Notes: generated by a model from the letters alone, not told the origin. Positions 18,517 to 29,743 are shown, counted from the stretch's first letter. The stretch is DNA of 64,000 nucleotides from a candidate division WOR-3 bacterium (GCA_037481815.1 JBBFKX010000002.1:1-64000); one strand, 5' to 3'. Numbers and translations are program-made.

Positions 18517-19121
18517 AAAATTTTTCCTTTTTGATATTTTATCATTGCATTTCTTTTTATTATTCTATTACTAACACCTAAAGATGGGTGGTTGTTGAAC
18601 AAATCAGTTTTTTGATATTCATATTCAAATCCTTCAGATGTTATCATTTCACTCTTTTTAGTTATTGAGAAAAAAGAAACCCTTTTACCTTTCATATTGA
18701 AAAATGTATACTCGGTTTTCGGTTTTATTAAAAATATATCCTCATCTTTTGTCAAAATGTGAATGTTAAACTTTTCAAATTTTGAAATTAAAAGTAGAGA
18801 TGCAAAAAAATGGTCCTTTCTTGAACCAGAAACACCCGTTGCATAAATATTTTTAAAACCTTTTTCAACAGCATAGTTTATTGCAAGTTCAAGATCTATA
18901 AAATCTTTTTTTACAGGGAACTTTTCTTTTTTTATAAAAGATGGGATTTTTTGTTCATCTATTGAATCAAAATCACCTATAACAATTTTAGGAAGCAACC
19001 CTTTGGGAAGTTTATCATATCCTCCATCAGCAGCTACGATATATTTAAAACTTTTAATTATTTTTTCAGAACATAAATCTTCCCCGTTAGCAACTATCAA
19101 AACTTCTTTTTCTGTAAACAT
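18498..19121 (-). CDS. thiN: Thiamine diphosphokinase
   Basis: VANG, AADGG, IGDFDS, KDFIDLELA, GSRKDH, GVSN. Start ATG 19121. Confidence 0.9.
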   Translation of the reverse strand: MFTEKEVLIVANGEDLCSEKIIKSFKYIVAADGGYDKLPKGLLPKIVIGDFDSIDEQKIPSFIKKEKFPVKKDFIDLELAINYAVEKGFKNIYATGVSGSRKDHFFASLLLISKFEKFNIHILTKDEDIFLIKPKTEYTFFNMKGKRVSFFSITKKSEMITSEGFEYEYQKTDLFNNHPSLGVSNRIIKRNAMIKYQKGKILCFLEV

Positions 19122-19127
19122 TATTTT

Positions 19128-19156
19128 AATATACAACTCTATAAAATTTAAGTCAA
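19128..19156 (-). promoter_or_regulatory. Promoter, leaderless geometry
   Basis: TTGACT-17-TATATT, 6 nt to ATG 19121. Confidence 0.65.
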
Positions 19157-19159
19157 CAT

Positions 19160-19189
19160 AAAAAAAGTGGGATGATAATCATCCCACTT
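19160..19189 (-). terminator. Intrinsic terminator downstream of the 758-aa secreted protein gene
   Basis: Perfect stem AAGTGGGATGA / TCATCCCACTT (19165-19189) followed by a U-run on the minus strand. Confidence 0.85.
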
Positions 19190-19216
19190 GATTAAAAAAT
19201 GATTAAAAATTTACGA

Positions 19217-21493
19217 TTACTTTATAATGAACAAAAATTTTCCTTTTACAACATTTTTCGGTGTTTCAAGTTTAAAGAAATAGATATCAGAGGAAAACTT
19301 TTCTTTTTTCAAATCAACGATTATCTCCCTATTTACACCATTAAAATCAAGATTCTTAACAACTCTCCCATTTTTATCATAAATTTTTAAGTTTATTTTT
19401 CCTTTTACAGATTCAGAAAAAGTTGCATAGAATATGTTTGAAGTTATAGTTGAAACTTTTGTTTTTAGATCGATCTTCTCTTCTTTTGAAATTTCTTCAA
19501 TATTTGTCAACTCACTCGCTTTGAAAAGGTTATGTAAAAGTTCAACATAATCACCTTGTAATATACCATTCATAACAGACCAATCAGAAGGAAATATGTT
19601 GAGTCCTATCACTCCACCATAAGGTTGAGGAAGATCTCTATAGCCCAAAAGCCACTCACCATCATCCCACCTTGCAACAGTATCTGCACCAGGATTTAAA
19701 ACAATATAATCTCTAAACATGTCGCTTAAATTTGTAACATTATCCATAAATGGGTGACCCACAACAAAAGTTCCAAGGTTTGCTGTAGTAAAATGGTTAT
19801 CACCATTTAAACTCTTAAATGGATTTATTAAAGTATCCATTATTCCACCTTCAAGATTGTTCCCATTATAATACCATGAAAAACCTCCGGTAATAACCCA
19901 TTTGCCTGAGTTTACAAATGAAAGAAGTGTATCTCCCATTGCTATTTTATCCAAATAACTATTGTCGGGATATGTGAAAACCATATCATAAAATGATAGA
20001 TCGTTACTGTTTGGTAAGTAAGTTGCTGCATTCATATAATCAATATTTCCGAAATCTGGGAACTCTTCTATCTGTTTTATTATGTTTGGTGAATTATCAT
20101 CAGCAACAGCCCAGAGTATATTTGGAGAATTGCCATATATCCAATACATATCAATATTTTCCAATATTTCTGACAATACATTATAATACGCATATTCAAT
20201 AGTCATTGTGGTTGCTATTATTCCTCCCTTATTTTGTCTTGAAATTAAAAGTAGAGTATCTATTGAATCAGCAGATAACAAAACAACATAAGAATTTTCT
20301 GGTAAATTTATCAGCCCCCCATGAGAAACAGAATTCCAATTAACAAGTGTCGTTGAATCTTCCTTAGAAAACTCATTTAAAAGAGGATGCCAACCATTTA
20401 ATATCGCTACTGAATCAGTAGATCTTGAAGCCATCGTAAATCCAAAAGGCATTTCAACACCACTCCAATCATAAGAACTATAGGTTGCTCCATTTATCTG
20501 TAATATACCACCGTTGTTAACCCAATCTTCATATTTTGTTCTGTTGTTTGAAATCGCTTCATAAAAACTTCTCTCCTGTTGTGAAGCAAATATACATTTT
20601 TGAAATCTTGAAAGGTCAACAAGACCAATCTCGCTTTCATTAAAATGATGGAAAGCTATATTATACTTATAAAAAACATCTTCATTTGAGGTTGACCCCC
20701 ATGGAGCATGGTTTTCAAAATACGCAATCCTTGTTTTGGCAAATCCAAGATCAAATCTGTAAGCACTGGTTCCATAATATGTGCTAATCCAGAGATCATT
20801 CCCATCAAAAGCAACACCTTCTCCATAATTTGACATATCCGGATTAGGAAAACTATCAAGAATAATTGGTGGATCAACAGAAATATCAAGTTGTTTTACA
20901 TACTCTGTAATATTATCAAGAACCCATAGAGTTGAATCTTTTCCACAATAAGCCATATCCATTGGCCAACCGATAACAGATGAAATGTGTATTGTATCAA
21001 TAATGTGAATCAAAGTATCTGTTACAAAAATATAACCAGCAGTGGATGCTATATAAAGATTTCGCCCGTCAGATGTAACACCTCTTGTGTTTACTCCTCC
21101 AGGAGAAATGAAAGTAGTAACATGGGTTCCATTCTTTTCAATTTTGTGAATACTTCCATTCGTCCAATCTGAAATATATAATCTTTCTCCCACTATTCCT
21201 ATTCCGAATATGTATCCTGTAGTTGCCATCGTAAAGGAATCTATTGTTCCATAAATATAATCTATTCTATAAACTTTCGCAGGATTGGAATAGGTGTTCG
21301 CTAAATAAAAATATCTTCCATCAAACTCAAGTCCATTTGAATTTGTTCTATTATAATTCAATGTATCTATTACAGTTTCATTGATGCTAATACTTTTTAT
21401 ATTAACATTTTCACTGTTAGCACCTGTTGGATCAAATGGGAAAAGATAAATGAAAAAAGATAAAAGTAAAAAGAAAAGTACTAATTTTTTCAC
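19217..21493 (-). CDS. Secreted multidomain protein: beta-propeller, two alpha/beta (GATase/ThuA-like) domains, C-terminal T9SS-A/FlgD-like Ig domain
   Basis: GTG start with GGAGG; signal peptide; blades GLEFDGRYFYLA, GVTSDGRNLYIA, GVAFDGNDLWIS; DWVNNGG...HPLL and FVNSGK...HPFM; C-terminus LKIYDKNGRVV...IYFFKL. Confidence 0.65.
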   Translation of the reverse strand: MKKLVLFFLLLSFFIYLFPFDPTGANSENVNIKSISINETVIDTLNYNRTNSNGLEFDGRYFYLANTYSNPAKVYRIDYIYGTIDSFTMATTGYIFGIGIVGERLYISDWTNGSIHKIEKNGTHVTTFISPGGVNTRGVTSDGRNLYIASTAGYIFVTDTLIHIIDTIHISSVIGWPMDMAYCGKDSTLWVLDNITEYVKQLDISVDPPIILDSFPNPDMSNYGEGVAFDGNDLWISTYYGTSAYRFDLGFAKTRIAYFENHAPWGSTSNEDVFYKYNIAFHHFNESEIGLVDLSRFQKCIFASQQERSFYEAISNNRTKYEDWVNNGGILQINGATYSSYDWSGVEMPFGFTMASRSTDSVAILNGWHPLLNEFSKEDSTTLVNWNSVSHGGLINLPENSYVVLLSADSIDTLLLISRQNKGGIIATTMTIEYAYYNVLSEILENIDMYWIYGNSPNILWAVADDNSPNIIKQIEEFPDFGNIDYMNAATYLPNSNDLSFYDMVFTYPDNSYLDKIAMGDTLLSFVNSGKWVITGGFSWYYNGNNLEGGIMDTLINPFKSLNGDNHFTTANLGTFVVGHPFMDNVTNLSDMFRDYIVLNPGADTVARWDDGEWLLGYRDLPQPYGGVIGLNIFPSDWSVMNGILQGDYVELLHNLFKASELTNIEEISKEEKIDLKTKVSTITSNIFYATFSESVKGKINLKIYDKNGRVVKNLDFNGVNREIIVDLKKEKFSSDIYFFKLETPKNVVKGKFLFIIK

Positions 21494-21518
21494 ACTCCCT
21501 CCTTTTAAGTTTAAATTT

Positions 21519-21546
21519 ATTATAGACCTTTAAATAAAAATTTCAA
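21519..21546 (-). promoter_or_regulatory. Promoter (leadered)
   Basis: TTGAAA-16-TATAAT upstream of AGGAGG and GTG 21493. Confidence 0.6.
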
Positions 21547-21553
21547 CAAAAAT

Positions 21554-23857
21554 CTACTCAAACTCAACAATCGTTACTCCATCTCCCCCCTCTTCGATTG
21601 GAGCCGGATAATATTTTTTTATAAATTTTACCTTTTTAAAAAATTCCCTTATGTTCTCCTTTAATATCCCTTTTCCATGGCCATGTATTATTCTCACTCT
21701 TTTAAGCCCTGCAACCGATGCTTTTAGAATGTAATTTTCAACCTCTTCCAAAGCTTCATTAACATACTTTCCCCTCAAATCCAACTCATCAGTTATCTCT
21801 TCTCCTATATAAAATTTTTTTTCTACACCACCCTTTCTCTCAACTCTGTTAACAATATTTTCTATATTCGTTTTTAAAATAACTCCATTAACATCAAGAG
21901 TCACTTTGTCTTTCTCTATACTTTTTACAAAACCTTCAACTCTATCTTTCAGTTGAACAAAATCTCCAATCTTAATTTTAAGATTTTTTTCAATGTGAGG
22001 TTTAAAATCATCTTCTTTTAAAACAACTTTTTCTTCAAGAAATTTTCTAAAATCTTTTATTATATTTTTATTTTCATCCTTATCTTTTTTGTTATACAAT
22101 TCTTTAACCACCCTTTCAAACTTACTCCTTATAGTATCTATTTCCTGATTGATTTTTGTTCTATATTCTTTTTCAAGAGAATTCTTTTTGCTCAAATAAT
22201 CTTCCAGCTCTTTTCTTGTAATCTCCTCAATTTTTTGTTGGCTCTTTTTTAACAGTTCCAACTTTTCCTTTTCTTTTTCTAACAACTCAATTTTTTTCTG
22301 ATACTCTTTTATCAGTTCTGAATAATCAAGAAAATCTTTTCCAACAATCCTATAACTCTCCTGAATTATCTTTTCTGGAAAATTGTATTTTTTCAAAAGA
22401 GAAAACATCCCCGATTGACCCACGGTTCCATATTCAAGTTCAAAATATGGAGTATTTTTTTCAAAATCGTATTTCATAGCAGAACACATAATTTTTTCAT
22501 TTTTTAATGCAAATTCTTTTATCGGATCATAGTGTGTTGTAAAAATAACCGTTGAATTCTTTTCAAGAAAATCACTGACCAATGAAATTGCAAAAGATGT
22601 TCCCTCTTTTATAGATGTTCCAGTACCTATCTCATCAAGAAGTATTAAAGAGTTTTCATCACAATTTTCAACTATCCTTTTGTAGTTTATAAGATGGGAT
22701 GCAAATGTAGAAACTCCCTCTTCAAGTGATTGATCATCTCCTATATCACAAAAAATTTTTTCAAACAATCTGATTTTTGAATATTCGCTTGCACATACTG
22801 GAAGACCAAGTTTTGTAAGGATAACCGAGATGCCTATTGTTTTCAAAACAGCAGTTTTCCCTCCCATATTCGGACCGGTTATCAAAAGAGATTTCCCATT
22901 CTCCACTTTTATGTTAACAGGTTTTGCTTCATTTTTTTTAACTTTTTTTATTATTGGATGGTAAACCCTTATCAGATCGATTTCATCAGCGATCTCAACA
23001 AAATTTGCCTCATATTCATTCATAAAAATAACTATAGAATTTATAAAATCAATATCAGGGATAAACTTTGAAAAAATAGAAAATAATGAAATGTCTGAAA
23101 CAATTCCTTCTTTTAAATCTTCAAGAATTTTTGCTATCTCAAGACGCTCTTCCTCTTTCAATTCGTTCAACCTGTTATTCAAAAATACCAGTTCTTCAGG
23201 TTCAATAAAAACTGTTTTCTTAGTGTTTGAATAGGAATGGAAAACACCTTTAATTCTGTTCTTTTCGTGGACATCAACCTGTAACACTATTCTGTTGTCA
23301 ACAATCGTTATGTTACTATCACTCAAATACTGTTCATATTTCTTTAGAATTTTTGAGATAACCTTATCCTGAGATGATATCAAAATATTAATATTTTTTC
23401 TTATCTGTAAAAGATTCGTTGAGGCATCATCTCTTATCTTTCCATCGTTGTTAACAATTTTTTCAAGTTTATCTTTGAACGAAAAAATTTTTTGAATATC
23501 GAACTGAAAATCAAAAAATGAATAAAAGTAATTTTTATCGAGTTTTAGAAATTTTATCGAATAATCGATAGAATTTTTAATCTCGAGAAGATCTTGCTCA
23601 ACTATATGTCCATTAAGGTTTTTCAACCTCAAACTTATATCATCAATATTTGAGAATCCATTAAAGGAAAGATTCGGGAAAATTTTTTGACTGTATATAA
23701 GAACATTTTGTTTGAAATTTAAATACTCATCTGTATTTGATAAATATGATAATTCATAAAATTTTTTCTTTGTGGATTTTAAAAGGGAATGTTTTTTATA
23801 TTCTTCAAGTACAATATTTAATTCTAACTTTTCCCTTTCCCTAAAATTTTCTGACAT
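21554..23857 (-). CDS. mutS2: Endonuclease MutS2
   Basis: Walker A GPNMGGKT, DIGDDQS, STFASH, LLDEIGTGT, TTHY, C-terminal Smr (LDLRG...IIHGHGKG...GGDGVT). Confidence 0.93.
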   Translation of the reverse strand: MSENFREREKLELNIVLEEYKKHSLLKSTKKKFYELSYLSNTDEYLNFKQNVLIYSQKIFPNLSFNGFSNIDDISLRLKNLNGHIVEQDLLEIKNSIDYSIKFLKLDKNYFYSFFDFQFDIQKIFSFKDKLEKIVNNDGKIRDDASTNLLQIRKNINILISSQDKVISKILKKYEQYLSDSNITIVDNRIVLQVDVHEKNRIKGVFHSYSNTKKTVFIEPEELVFLNNRLNELKEEERLEIAKILEDLKEGIVSDISLFSIFSKFIPDIDFINSIVIFMNEYEANFVEIADEIDLIRVYHPIIKKVKKNEAKPVNIKVENGKSLLITGPNMGGKTAVLKTIGISVILTKLGLPVCASEYSKIRLFEKIFCDIGDDQSLEEGVSTFASHLINYKRIVENCDENSLILLDEIGTGTSIKEGTSFAISLVSDFLEKNSTVIFTTHYDPIKEFALKNEKIMCSAMKYDFEKNTPYFELEYGTVGQSGMFSLLKKYNFPEKIIQESYRIVGKDFLDYSELIKEYQKKIELLEKEKEKLELLKKSQQKIEEITRKELEDYLSKKNSLEKEYRTKINQEIDTIRSKFERVVKELYNKKDKDENKNIIKDFRKFLEEKVVLKEDDFKPHIEKNLKIKIGDFVQLKDRVEGFVKSIEKDKVTLDVNGVILKTNIENIVNRVERKGGVEKKFYIGEEITDELDLRGKYVNEALEEVENYILKASVAGLKRVRIIHGHGKGILKENIREFFKKVKFIKKYYPAPIEEGGDGVTIVEFE

Positions 23858-24323
23858 TCTTAAAAATTTCAGTATCAATTAAGATTTTATAATATTTTAA
23901 AGTTAAACTTTCTTCAAAATAATTTCGGAAATTTTTAGTCAAAACAAAAGAGTTTAAAAAATTTAAAATACCACCAACTATAAGAAAAGTCAAAAAACCC
24001 CAAACGATAATTCCCATAATTTTATCAAAGATAACAACAGGTGTTTTTTTCAAAATATTCACAAGAAGTAAAACAAAAAGTATTATCAAAGAAAAAATAA
24101 TTAAAAGAAGTATAAAAAATGAAAGAAATTTTAAAAGATTTCCCTCAAGTTTAATAAATTTAACCAGAAAGTTTGAAAATAAAACAAAATTTTTTAAAGT
24201 TAAAAAGAAAGATAAAATTAAAGCGAATATGTAACCAAATGGTGTCAAAATTCCTCTAAAAAAACCTAAAACAGAACTTATGAGGATTAAAGTCGATGAT
24301 ACTATATCGACTATGTTCATCAA
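23841..24323 (-). CDS. cvpA: CvpA (colicin V production) family membrane protein
   Basis: GFFRG, DKIMG, four hydrophobic segments, upstream of mutS2. Confidence 0.75.
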   Translation of the reverse strand: MMNIVDIVSSTLILISSVLGFFRGILTPFGYIFALILSFFLTLKNFVLFSNFLVKFIKLEGNLLKFLSFFILLLIIFSLIILFVLLLVNILKKTPVVIFDKIMGIIVWGFLTFLIVGGILNFLNSFVLTKNFRNYFEESLTLKYYKILIDTEIFKNVRKF

Positions 24324-24327
24324 TAAT

Positions 24328-24522
24328 TTAATCCTTCATAATGTTTGAGCGATAACTCTTCCTTATTGCCTGAATTCTTTCTCTTTTCTTTATTTCACTT
24401 GGTTTTTCATAAAACTGATGTTTCTTTATTTCACTTAAAATTCCTGCTTTTTCACACAATCTTTTAAATCTTTTTAAAGCAGCATCAAAAGATTCACCTT
24501 CTCTTACTTTAACTCCTGGCAT
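24328..24522 (-). CDS. rpsU: 30S ribosomal protein S21
   Basis: [21 protein letters not shown]...YEKPS; GAGGTG RBS places the start at ATG 24522. Confidence 0.95.
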   Translation of the reverse strand: MPGVKVREGESFDAALKRFKRLCEKAGILSEIKKHQFYEKPSEIKKRERIQAIRKSYRSNIMKD

Positions 24523-24556
24523 TAACATCACCTCACTTCGTTAAAATTTTAAAGGT

Positions 24557-24584
24557 ATTATATTAAAATAATCCTTTTTGTCAA
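24557..24584 (-). promoter_or_regulatory. Consensus promoter of the rpsU operon (leadered)
   Basis: TTGACA-16-TATAAT. Confidence 0.75.
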
Positions 24585-24641
24585 CATTTTTTTAGTTTTT
24601 ATGAAAAAATTAAAAAATTTTCGTAAAATAAAAATAAGGTA

Positions 24642-24669
24642 TTGACAAAATAAAAAAATTTTATATAAT
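24642..24669 (+). promoter_or_regulatory. Consensus promoter, leaderless geometry
   Basis: TTGACA-16-TATAAT, 8 nt to ATG 24678, no SD. Confidence 0.75.
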
Positions 24670-24677
24670 TTTTTTAG

Positions 24678-25694
24678 ATGAAAAAGAAAGTTAAAATTCT
24701 GCTCATTTTCTTTTTGATCTTTTCCTCACTTGTTTTCGGGAAGGGGTTGGGGAAGATAGAATTAAATAAAGGTTTTTCCGGTTTTGGAGGGAATTGTTTG
24801 ATTTCAATTTTTCCTAATTTTTCTAATTCTTCTTCCCTAACGAATTTTTTTAATTTGAGAGGTAATGAAGGTTTTCTGGTTGCAAATGTTTTTTCCGAGG
24901 AAGATAACATCGAAGTGGATGCTCTGATTTTTATAGGTAAAGAAAAATTTTTTGTTGAAGATGGAAATCGTAAAATAAAATTAAAAGAAGGAAATTATAA
25001 AGTTAAAATATTAGCAGATGAAATGAATCCTTTAGAGGATAACATAAATATAGTAAAAGATTCAACAGTGGTAAAAATTTTTCAATTAAAACCGGTATCC
25101 AAAAAAGTTGAAATTAAAGGCAAAATTCTGGACTTTGAAAACAATAGTCCCATTTCATTCTATTTTGATGCAAGGAATTGTAAAAACTATTACGAATGTT
25201 ACTATGATTCATTAACCGGTACATTTAAAATAAAAGGTTTTGTTGGTCTCTGTACTCTTGAAATCTATCCTTATGGGAATTACATGCCATTGAAAAGAGA
25301 GATAAATTTATCCGAAACTTGTGATACTTTTCCTTCAATATTTGTATTGAAAGACAATGTTACAAAATCCTTCAACACCCTATTCTTAAAAAATGGGTCG
25401 ATTCTTGATAAAAATTCTTTTACTGAACTCGATAAAATTGTAAATATTTTGAACGATTATCCAACATTAAAAATCAGAATATGTTCCTTTACAGATGATT
25501 CCGGGAAAGCAGAGGATAATCTAAAATTGTCAGAGAAAAGATGCGAGACGGTTAGGGAATATTTATTGGAGAGAGGTATTGAACAGGAGAGAATATCTAT
25601 TAAAGGTTTTGGAGAAACGATGAATCTTTTTGACAATGAAACAAAAGAGAACAGGTTAAAAAATAGAAGGGTTGAGATAACTTTTTACAGGTAA
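24678..25694 (+). CDS. OmpA-family peptidoglycan-binding protein with N-terminal Ig-like domains
   Basis: Signal peptide; C-terminal FTDDSG...NLKLSEKR...GFGE...NRRVEI. Confidence 0.85.
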   Translation: MKKKVKILLIFFLIFSSLVFGKGLGKIELNKGFSGFGGNCLISIFPNFSNSSSLTNFFNLRGNEGFLVANVFSEEDNIEVDALIFIGKEKFFVEDGNRKIKLKEGNYKVKILADEMNPLEDNINIVKDSTVVKIFQLKPVSKKVEIKGKILDFENNSPISFYFDARNCKNYYECYYDSLTGTFKIKGFVGLCTLEIYPYGNYMPLKREINLSETCDTFPSIFVLKDNVTKSFNTLFLKNGSILDKNSFTELDKIVNILNDYPTLKIRICSFTDDSGKAEDNLKLSEKRCETVREYLLERGIEQERISIKGFGETMNLFDNETKENRLKNRRVEITFYR

Positions 25695-25695
25695 A

Positions 25696-26109
25696 CTATT
25701 CTCCAAAAACCTTTAATATTATTCTCTTTTCTCTCATCCCATCAAATTCAAAATAAAAAATTCTTTCCCAAACACCAAGATCAAGTTTTGAATCTGTTAT
25801 CGGAATAATAACCTGATGGTTGATCAGGATTCTTTTAAGATGTGCATCACCATTATCTTCACCAGTATTATGATGTTTATAATCTCTTCTTTCGGGTGCA
25901 AGTTTCTCAAGCCACTCAAAAATGTCCTGCCACAACCCTTCCTCATAATCGTTAACAAGAATACCTGATGTGATATGCATACTTGATACAAGAACAAAAC
26001 CTTCTTTAACTTTACTATCCTTTACAATCTTTTCAACCAAATCGGTTATATGAACTATATCTTTTCGTTTTTTTGTTTTTATCTTTAAATATTCAGTTTT
26101 GATTATCAA
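25696..26109 (-). CDS. yjbQ: YjbQ/UPF0047 family protein
   Basis: [40 protein letters not shown] start with GGAGG. Confidence 0.9.
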   Translation of the reverse strand: MIIKTEYLKIKTKKRKDIVHITDLVEKIVKDSKVKEGFVLVSSMHITSGILVNDYEEGLWQDIFEWLEKLAPERRDYKHHNTGEDNGDAHLKRILINHQVIIPITDSKLDLGVWERIFYFEFDGMREKRIILKVFGE

Positions 26110-27235
26110 AGAACACCTCCTTTAATTTTTTTCTATAGGTTTCAACTGAATCCAATCTATCATATTTAAAATCAGGATAAATTTTCTTCCAATCATTTAC
26201 AACTTTTTCGATTAAAGATTTCAAAGCCATATGATTGTTGTTTTCAAATATGTACAATTTTTTATAATCTTTCAACAACTCTTTAGCAGGTGTCAAATTT
26301 GAAGCTATTATAATTTTACCACATTTTGCCGCCTCAAAGATCACTCTACCAGATGTCTCTGGCCAGATAGAAGGGAATATGAGAACATCAAAACTGGCTA
26401 AAACCTGATCGATTTTCTCACTTTCGAATTTACCTTTAACTGATATCCTTTTATCTTTAACTTTATTTTTAACATCACCCCATAAAAGTAGTTTTATATT
26501 TCCATCTTTTATAAGTTTAAAAGATTTTAAAACCGTATGTAACCCTTTATGGTAAGCTGAATGACCGATAAAAGCAAAAACAGGGTATTCTTCCTTTTCC
26601 CTTTTTTTACATAAAATATCCTTTTGAAAATTTTTTAAAACAACACTTTTATCATTTAAATTCAAAAATCTGTTCGTTATTTCAAAAGATTTTTTTGAAG
26701 GGTAAATAATTTTATCGATGTATAAAAAAATTTCGTCAAAAAATTTTTTTCGATTTTTATACCAGTTCAACCTTTTCATAAACAATGCTAAAAATGGGAA
26801 TAGAAGATCTCTTATCTGTCTTGTGATTGGAAGAAAAGGATATTTATCCATATAGCAATAGATGCAGTTTCTTCCATAAGGTCCGGAGCATAACATTTTT
26901 CTGTTGTTTATAAGAACCACTCTTTCACAGATAGAGTAATAATCATGAGAGACAAAACCAATTTTTATATTTTTCTTTTTGACTACATTTAAAATTTTTG
27001 GGGTAATGAATTTCAATGAATGAAGCAACAGTAAATCAAAATCTTCATTTCCAATCTTATTGAAAAAATCTTCATCATTTAAAAAATTTTTATCTTTTTT
27101 AACTATCAAAATTCTTCTATCATTCACTCCTGTAAATGATGTTAAAATTTTTTCATCATCAAGAGCTAATTCTTTTACAAACAGCGATGAACCACCATCA
27201 TCTTTGAACTCATCTATATAGTGTAAAATTTTCAT
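26093..27235 (-). CDS. Glycosyltransferase family 4
   Basis: HDYYSIC...C...[24 protein letters not shown]. Confidence 0.85.
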   Translation of the reverse strand: MKILHYIDEFKDDGGSSLFVKELALDDEKILTSFTGVNDRRILIVKKDKNFLNDEDFFNKIGNEDFDLLLLHSLKFITPKILNVVKKKNIKIGFVSHDYYSICERVVLINNRKMLCSGPYGRNCIYCYMDKYPFLPITRQIRDLLFPFLALFMKRLNWYKNRKKFFDEIFLYIDKIIYPSKKSFEITNRFLNLNDKSVVLKNFQKDILCKKREKEEYPVFAFIGHSAYHKGLHTVLKSFKLIKDGNIKLLLWGDVKNKVKDKRISVKGKFESEKIDQVLASFDVLIFPSIWPETSGRVIFEAAKCGKIIIASNLTPAKELLKDYKKLYIFENNNHMALKSLIEKVVNDWKKIYPDFKYDRLDSVETYRKKLKEVFFDNQN

Positions 27236-28434
27236 AACAAATACTCCAGAATTTTTTCAAACTGTATTACGAACCTATTTTTGTCAAAAGGTCCATCTTT
27301 ATATCCTTCAACTGCTTTACTACCTTTTAATGAAGTTAATCTTGCATTATAGGATAAATTTTCTTTTAGGTTTTTATCAAGGTATAACTGCTTGAGATAA
27401 TTGTAAGTCAAAATATAATCCTGAAAAGGAACAAGGAAGCCATTGAATCCATTTTTCACAATATAGCATGACCCCCAGCAGTATGAGTTAATTGTAGGGA
27501 TACCATAGGAGTGTGCTTCAACACTCACGATACCAAACGATTCGGCTATCGAAGGTAAAAGGAAAACATCAGTGTTTAAAAAGAGTTCCTCTTTCTTTTT
27601 TTCTGATACATGGGGATAGTAAATTATAAAATCTTCATTTAAACTTCTAAAATATTTTTTATCGATCTTCCCTACGATTGTGAATCTTATATTTTTAAAT
27701 TCAGAATATAACATTTTTGTTGCTTTCAAACTCGTTTCTATCCCTTTTTCATAATTCTGCCTTCCAATAGAGAGAATATTGAAAATACCATTTCCACCTT
27801 TTGAGGTTTTTTCAGGAATGTTAATGTAAGAGTTCAATTGAAAAACTTTTTTTCCAAATTTTTCCAAATAATCTCTCTCATAGGAGTTCAGACAGATCAA
27901 AATATCAGAAAGTTCATATAAACTTTTATAATAAGGATGAAAAAACTCATATGAAAACCTTTCGGTATGAGGTAATGTCGAATGGATTAAAGGTATAAAA
28001 ACTGTTTTTCTACCATATTTTTTAGAATAAAAAAGTGCAGGGTAAACTATCGATGAAAAAGGAAGAAAACCTGTTATGATGATATCATACTTTTTTACAT
28101 TTTTTTTAAGATTTAATACTAAGGATGGGGATAAAATTTTAAAATTCAAAGTGTAATATTTTAAAAGGCCCATCTCTTCAAAATATTCCATTATCCTGTT
28201 CTTATATGGGAAATTTATAAGAAAAAACCTTTTTATCAAAGAACCATAAAAATTTTCCTCGGTTTCTAACATTTTATCATTTTTTTCATAAGAATCATCT
28301 GATACCTTTAAAGTATAAACATCAACATCAAAACCTTTTTCTTTAAGGAAATCAAAAATTTGTTTTGAATACACTTCTGAACCTGAAACAACAGGGAAAA
28401 ACCTGTTAAAAACTAGTAAAAATTTTTTAGCCAT
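27232..28434 (-). CDS. Glycosyltransferase family 4
   Basis: SGSE, IGRQNYEKG, PSIAESFGIVSVEA. Confidence 0.88.
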   Translation of the reverse strand: MAKKFLLVFNRFFPVVSGSEVYSKQIFDFLKEKGFDVDVYTLKVSDDSYEKNDKMLETEENFYGSLIKRFFLINFPYKNRIMEYFEEMGLLKYYTLNFKILSPSLVLNLKKNVKKYDIIITGFLPFSSIVYPALFYSKKYGRKTVFIPLIHSTLPHTERFSYEFFHPYYKSLYELSDILICLNSYERDYLEKFGKKVFQLNSYINIPEKTSKGGNGIFNILSIGRQNYEKGIETSLKATKMLYSEFKNIRFTIVGKIDKKYFRSLNEDFIIYYPHVSEKKKEELFLNTDVFLLPSIAESFGIVSVEAHSYGIPTINSYCWGSCYIVKNGFNGFLVPFQDYILTYNYLKQLYLDKNLKENLSYNARLTSLKGSKAVEGYKDGPFDKNRFVIQFEKILEYLL

Positions 28435-29743
28435 TCTTTTTGCCTATGTATGTAATTTTTATTTTTTCCTTTGTTTCAATCTTTAAATGTAATTTCCCTT
28501 TTACGACTTTGAAATAAAAAGGAGATTTTTTTGATAAGATTTCTGTGTCATTGTGTTTTATTAAAATCTCTTTATCTTCAGGATAATAAACGATCAAATA
28601 CTCACAATCCTCATCACTCTCCAAAAAAATCTCACCTTCTTTTGACACGAATCTTCCAACAGGAAAATTTTTATCAAGAAAAGAAAAGCCCTTTCCGATG
28701 TAAAGATCATCTATTCCAAAAGTGATAGAATTTTTTAAATTTGGTATTTCGTTAAAACTTGAAACCACTTTTACCTTTTCGTAAAACACCTCTTCGATTG
28801 GGAAAGGATTAAAACTCTTATCGAGGAAATCTTCAACCCTTCTTGCATTTAGCAAAAATTTTCTTTTAAATCTGATAAAAAGAATTTTTGGAAACTCTAT
28901 CAACAATGAAAATAATATTTTCAAATGTAGAAGATTTTTTTTTAAAAATCTTGTTTTAAGAAAAAACATTTTTGTTAACAAAAGATTTTTAAAAGATAAA
29001 AATTTCAATAGAAAATAGTACTGATTTTTTAAAATTAAAAATTCTTTTCTCTTTGAAAAATTTTTAAAACTTCCAGAGTACTCATGATAACATACCGCAT
29101 CCCTGACAAACCCAATTTTGAAATCTGTTTCAGTTAAAATTCTCATCGAAAGATCAGCATCTTCATAAAAGGACGAATAAGAAAAATCAAAAAGTCCTGT
29201 TTTATTTAAAACTTCCTTTTTTATTCCAAAACAACCACCTGTTAAAAGGATGTTTGAATCTCTGGAAAATTCTACATCATCGTTTAAACCATAATCTCGA
29301 TTTTTAGCAAAACCTGCAAGATTCAATACCAGTCCTGTCGAGTTTATTATATCCCTTTTACCATTAAATTTTATAAGGGGAATCGCTGCTCCGATATCCT
29401 CATTTAAAAAGATCCTGTCAAAGTTTTCCAAAAAATCTTTATCCAAAATGATATCGTTGTTCATCACAAGAAGTATATCAGCACCAGAATAGAAGAAATA
29501 ATTTAATCCAAAATTGTGTGAAACATAACCAAAATTTTTGTTGACTCTTGTAACTTTAACTGCAGGAAACAATCTATGAACATCTTCAACTGAAGAATCG
29601 TTTGAACAGTTATCTATAAGATGAACTATATAATTTTTATAAGTTTGCTTAAAAATCGAATCGATGGATTCAAAGAAAACATCTTTCAATAATGAACTTC
29701 CATTAAAATTGACTATCTGAACTATGTAAAGATTTTTCTTCAT
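28427..29743 (-). CDS. Glycosyltransferase family 2 (rhamnosyltransferase-like) with C-terminal extension
   Basis: IVNFNG, IDNCSND, MNND, FYEDADL; ATG 29743 overlaps the rmlD stop. Confidence 0.85.
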   Translation of the reverse strand: MKKNLYIVQIVNFNGSSLLKDVFFESIDSIFKQTYKNYIVHLIDNCSNDSSVEDVHRLFPAVKVTRVNKNFGYVSHNFGLNYFFYSGADILLVMNNDIILDKDFLENFDRIFLNEDIGAAIPLIKFNGKRDIINSTGLVLNLAGFAKNRDYGLNDDVEFSRDSNILLTGGCFGIKKEVLNKTGLFDFSYSSFYEDADLSMRILTETDFKIGFVRDAVCYHEYSGSFKNFSKRKEFLILKNQYYFLLKFLSFKNLLLTKMFFLKTRFLKKNLLHLKILFSLLIEFPKILFIRFKRKFLLNARRVEDFLDKSFNPFPIEEVFYEKVKVVSSFNEIPNLKNSITFGIDDLYIGKGFSFLDKNFPVGRFVSKEGEIFLESDEDCEYLIVYYPEDKEILIKHNDTEILSKKSPFYFKVVKGKLHLKIETKEKIKITYIGKKNG

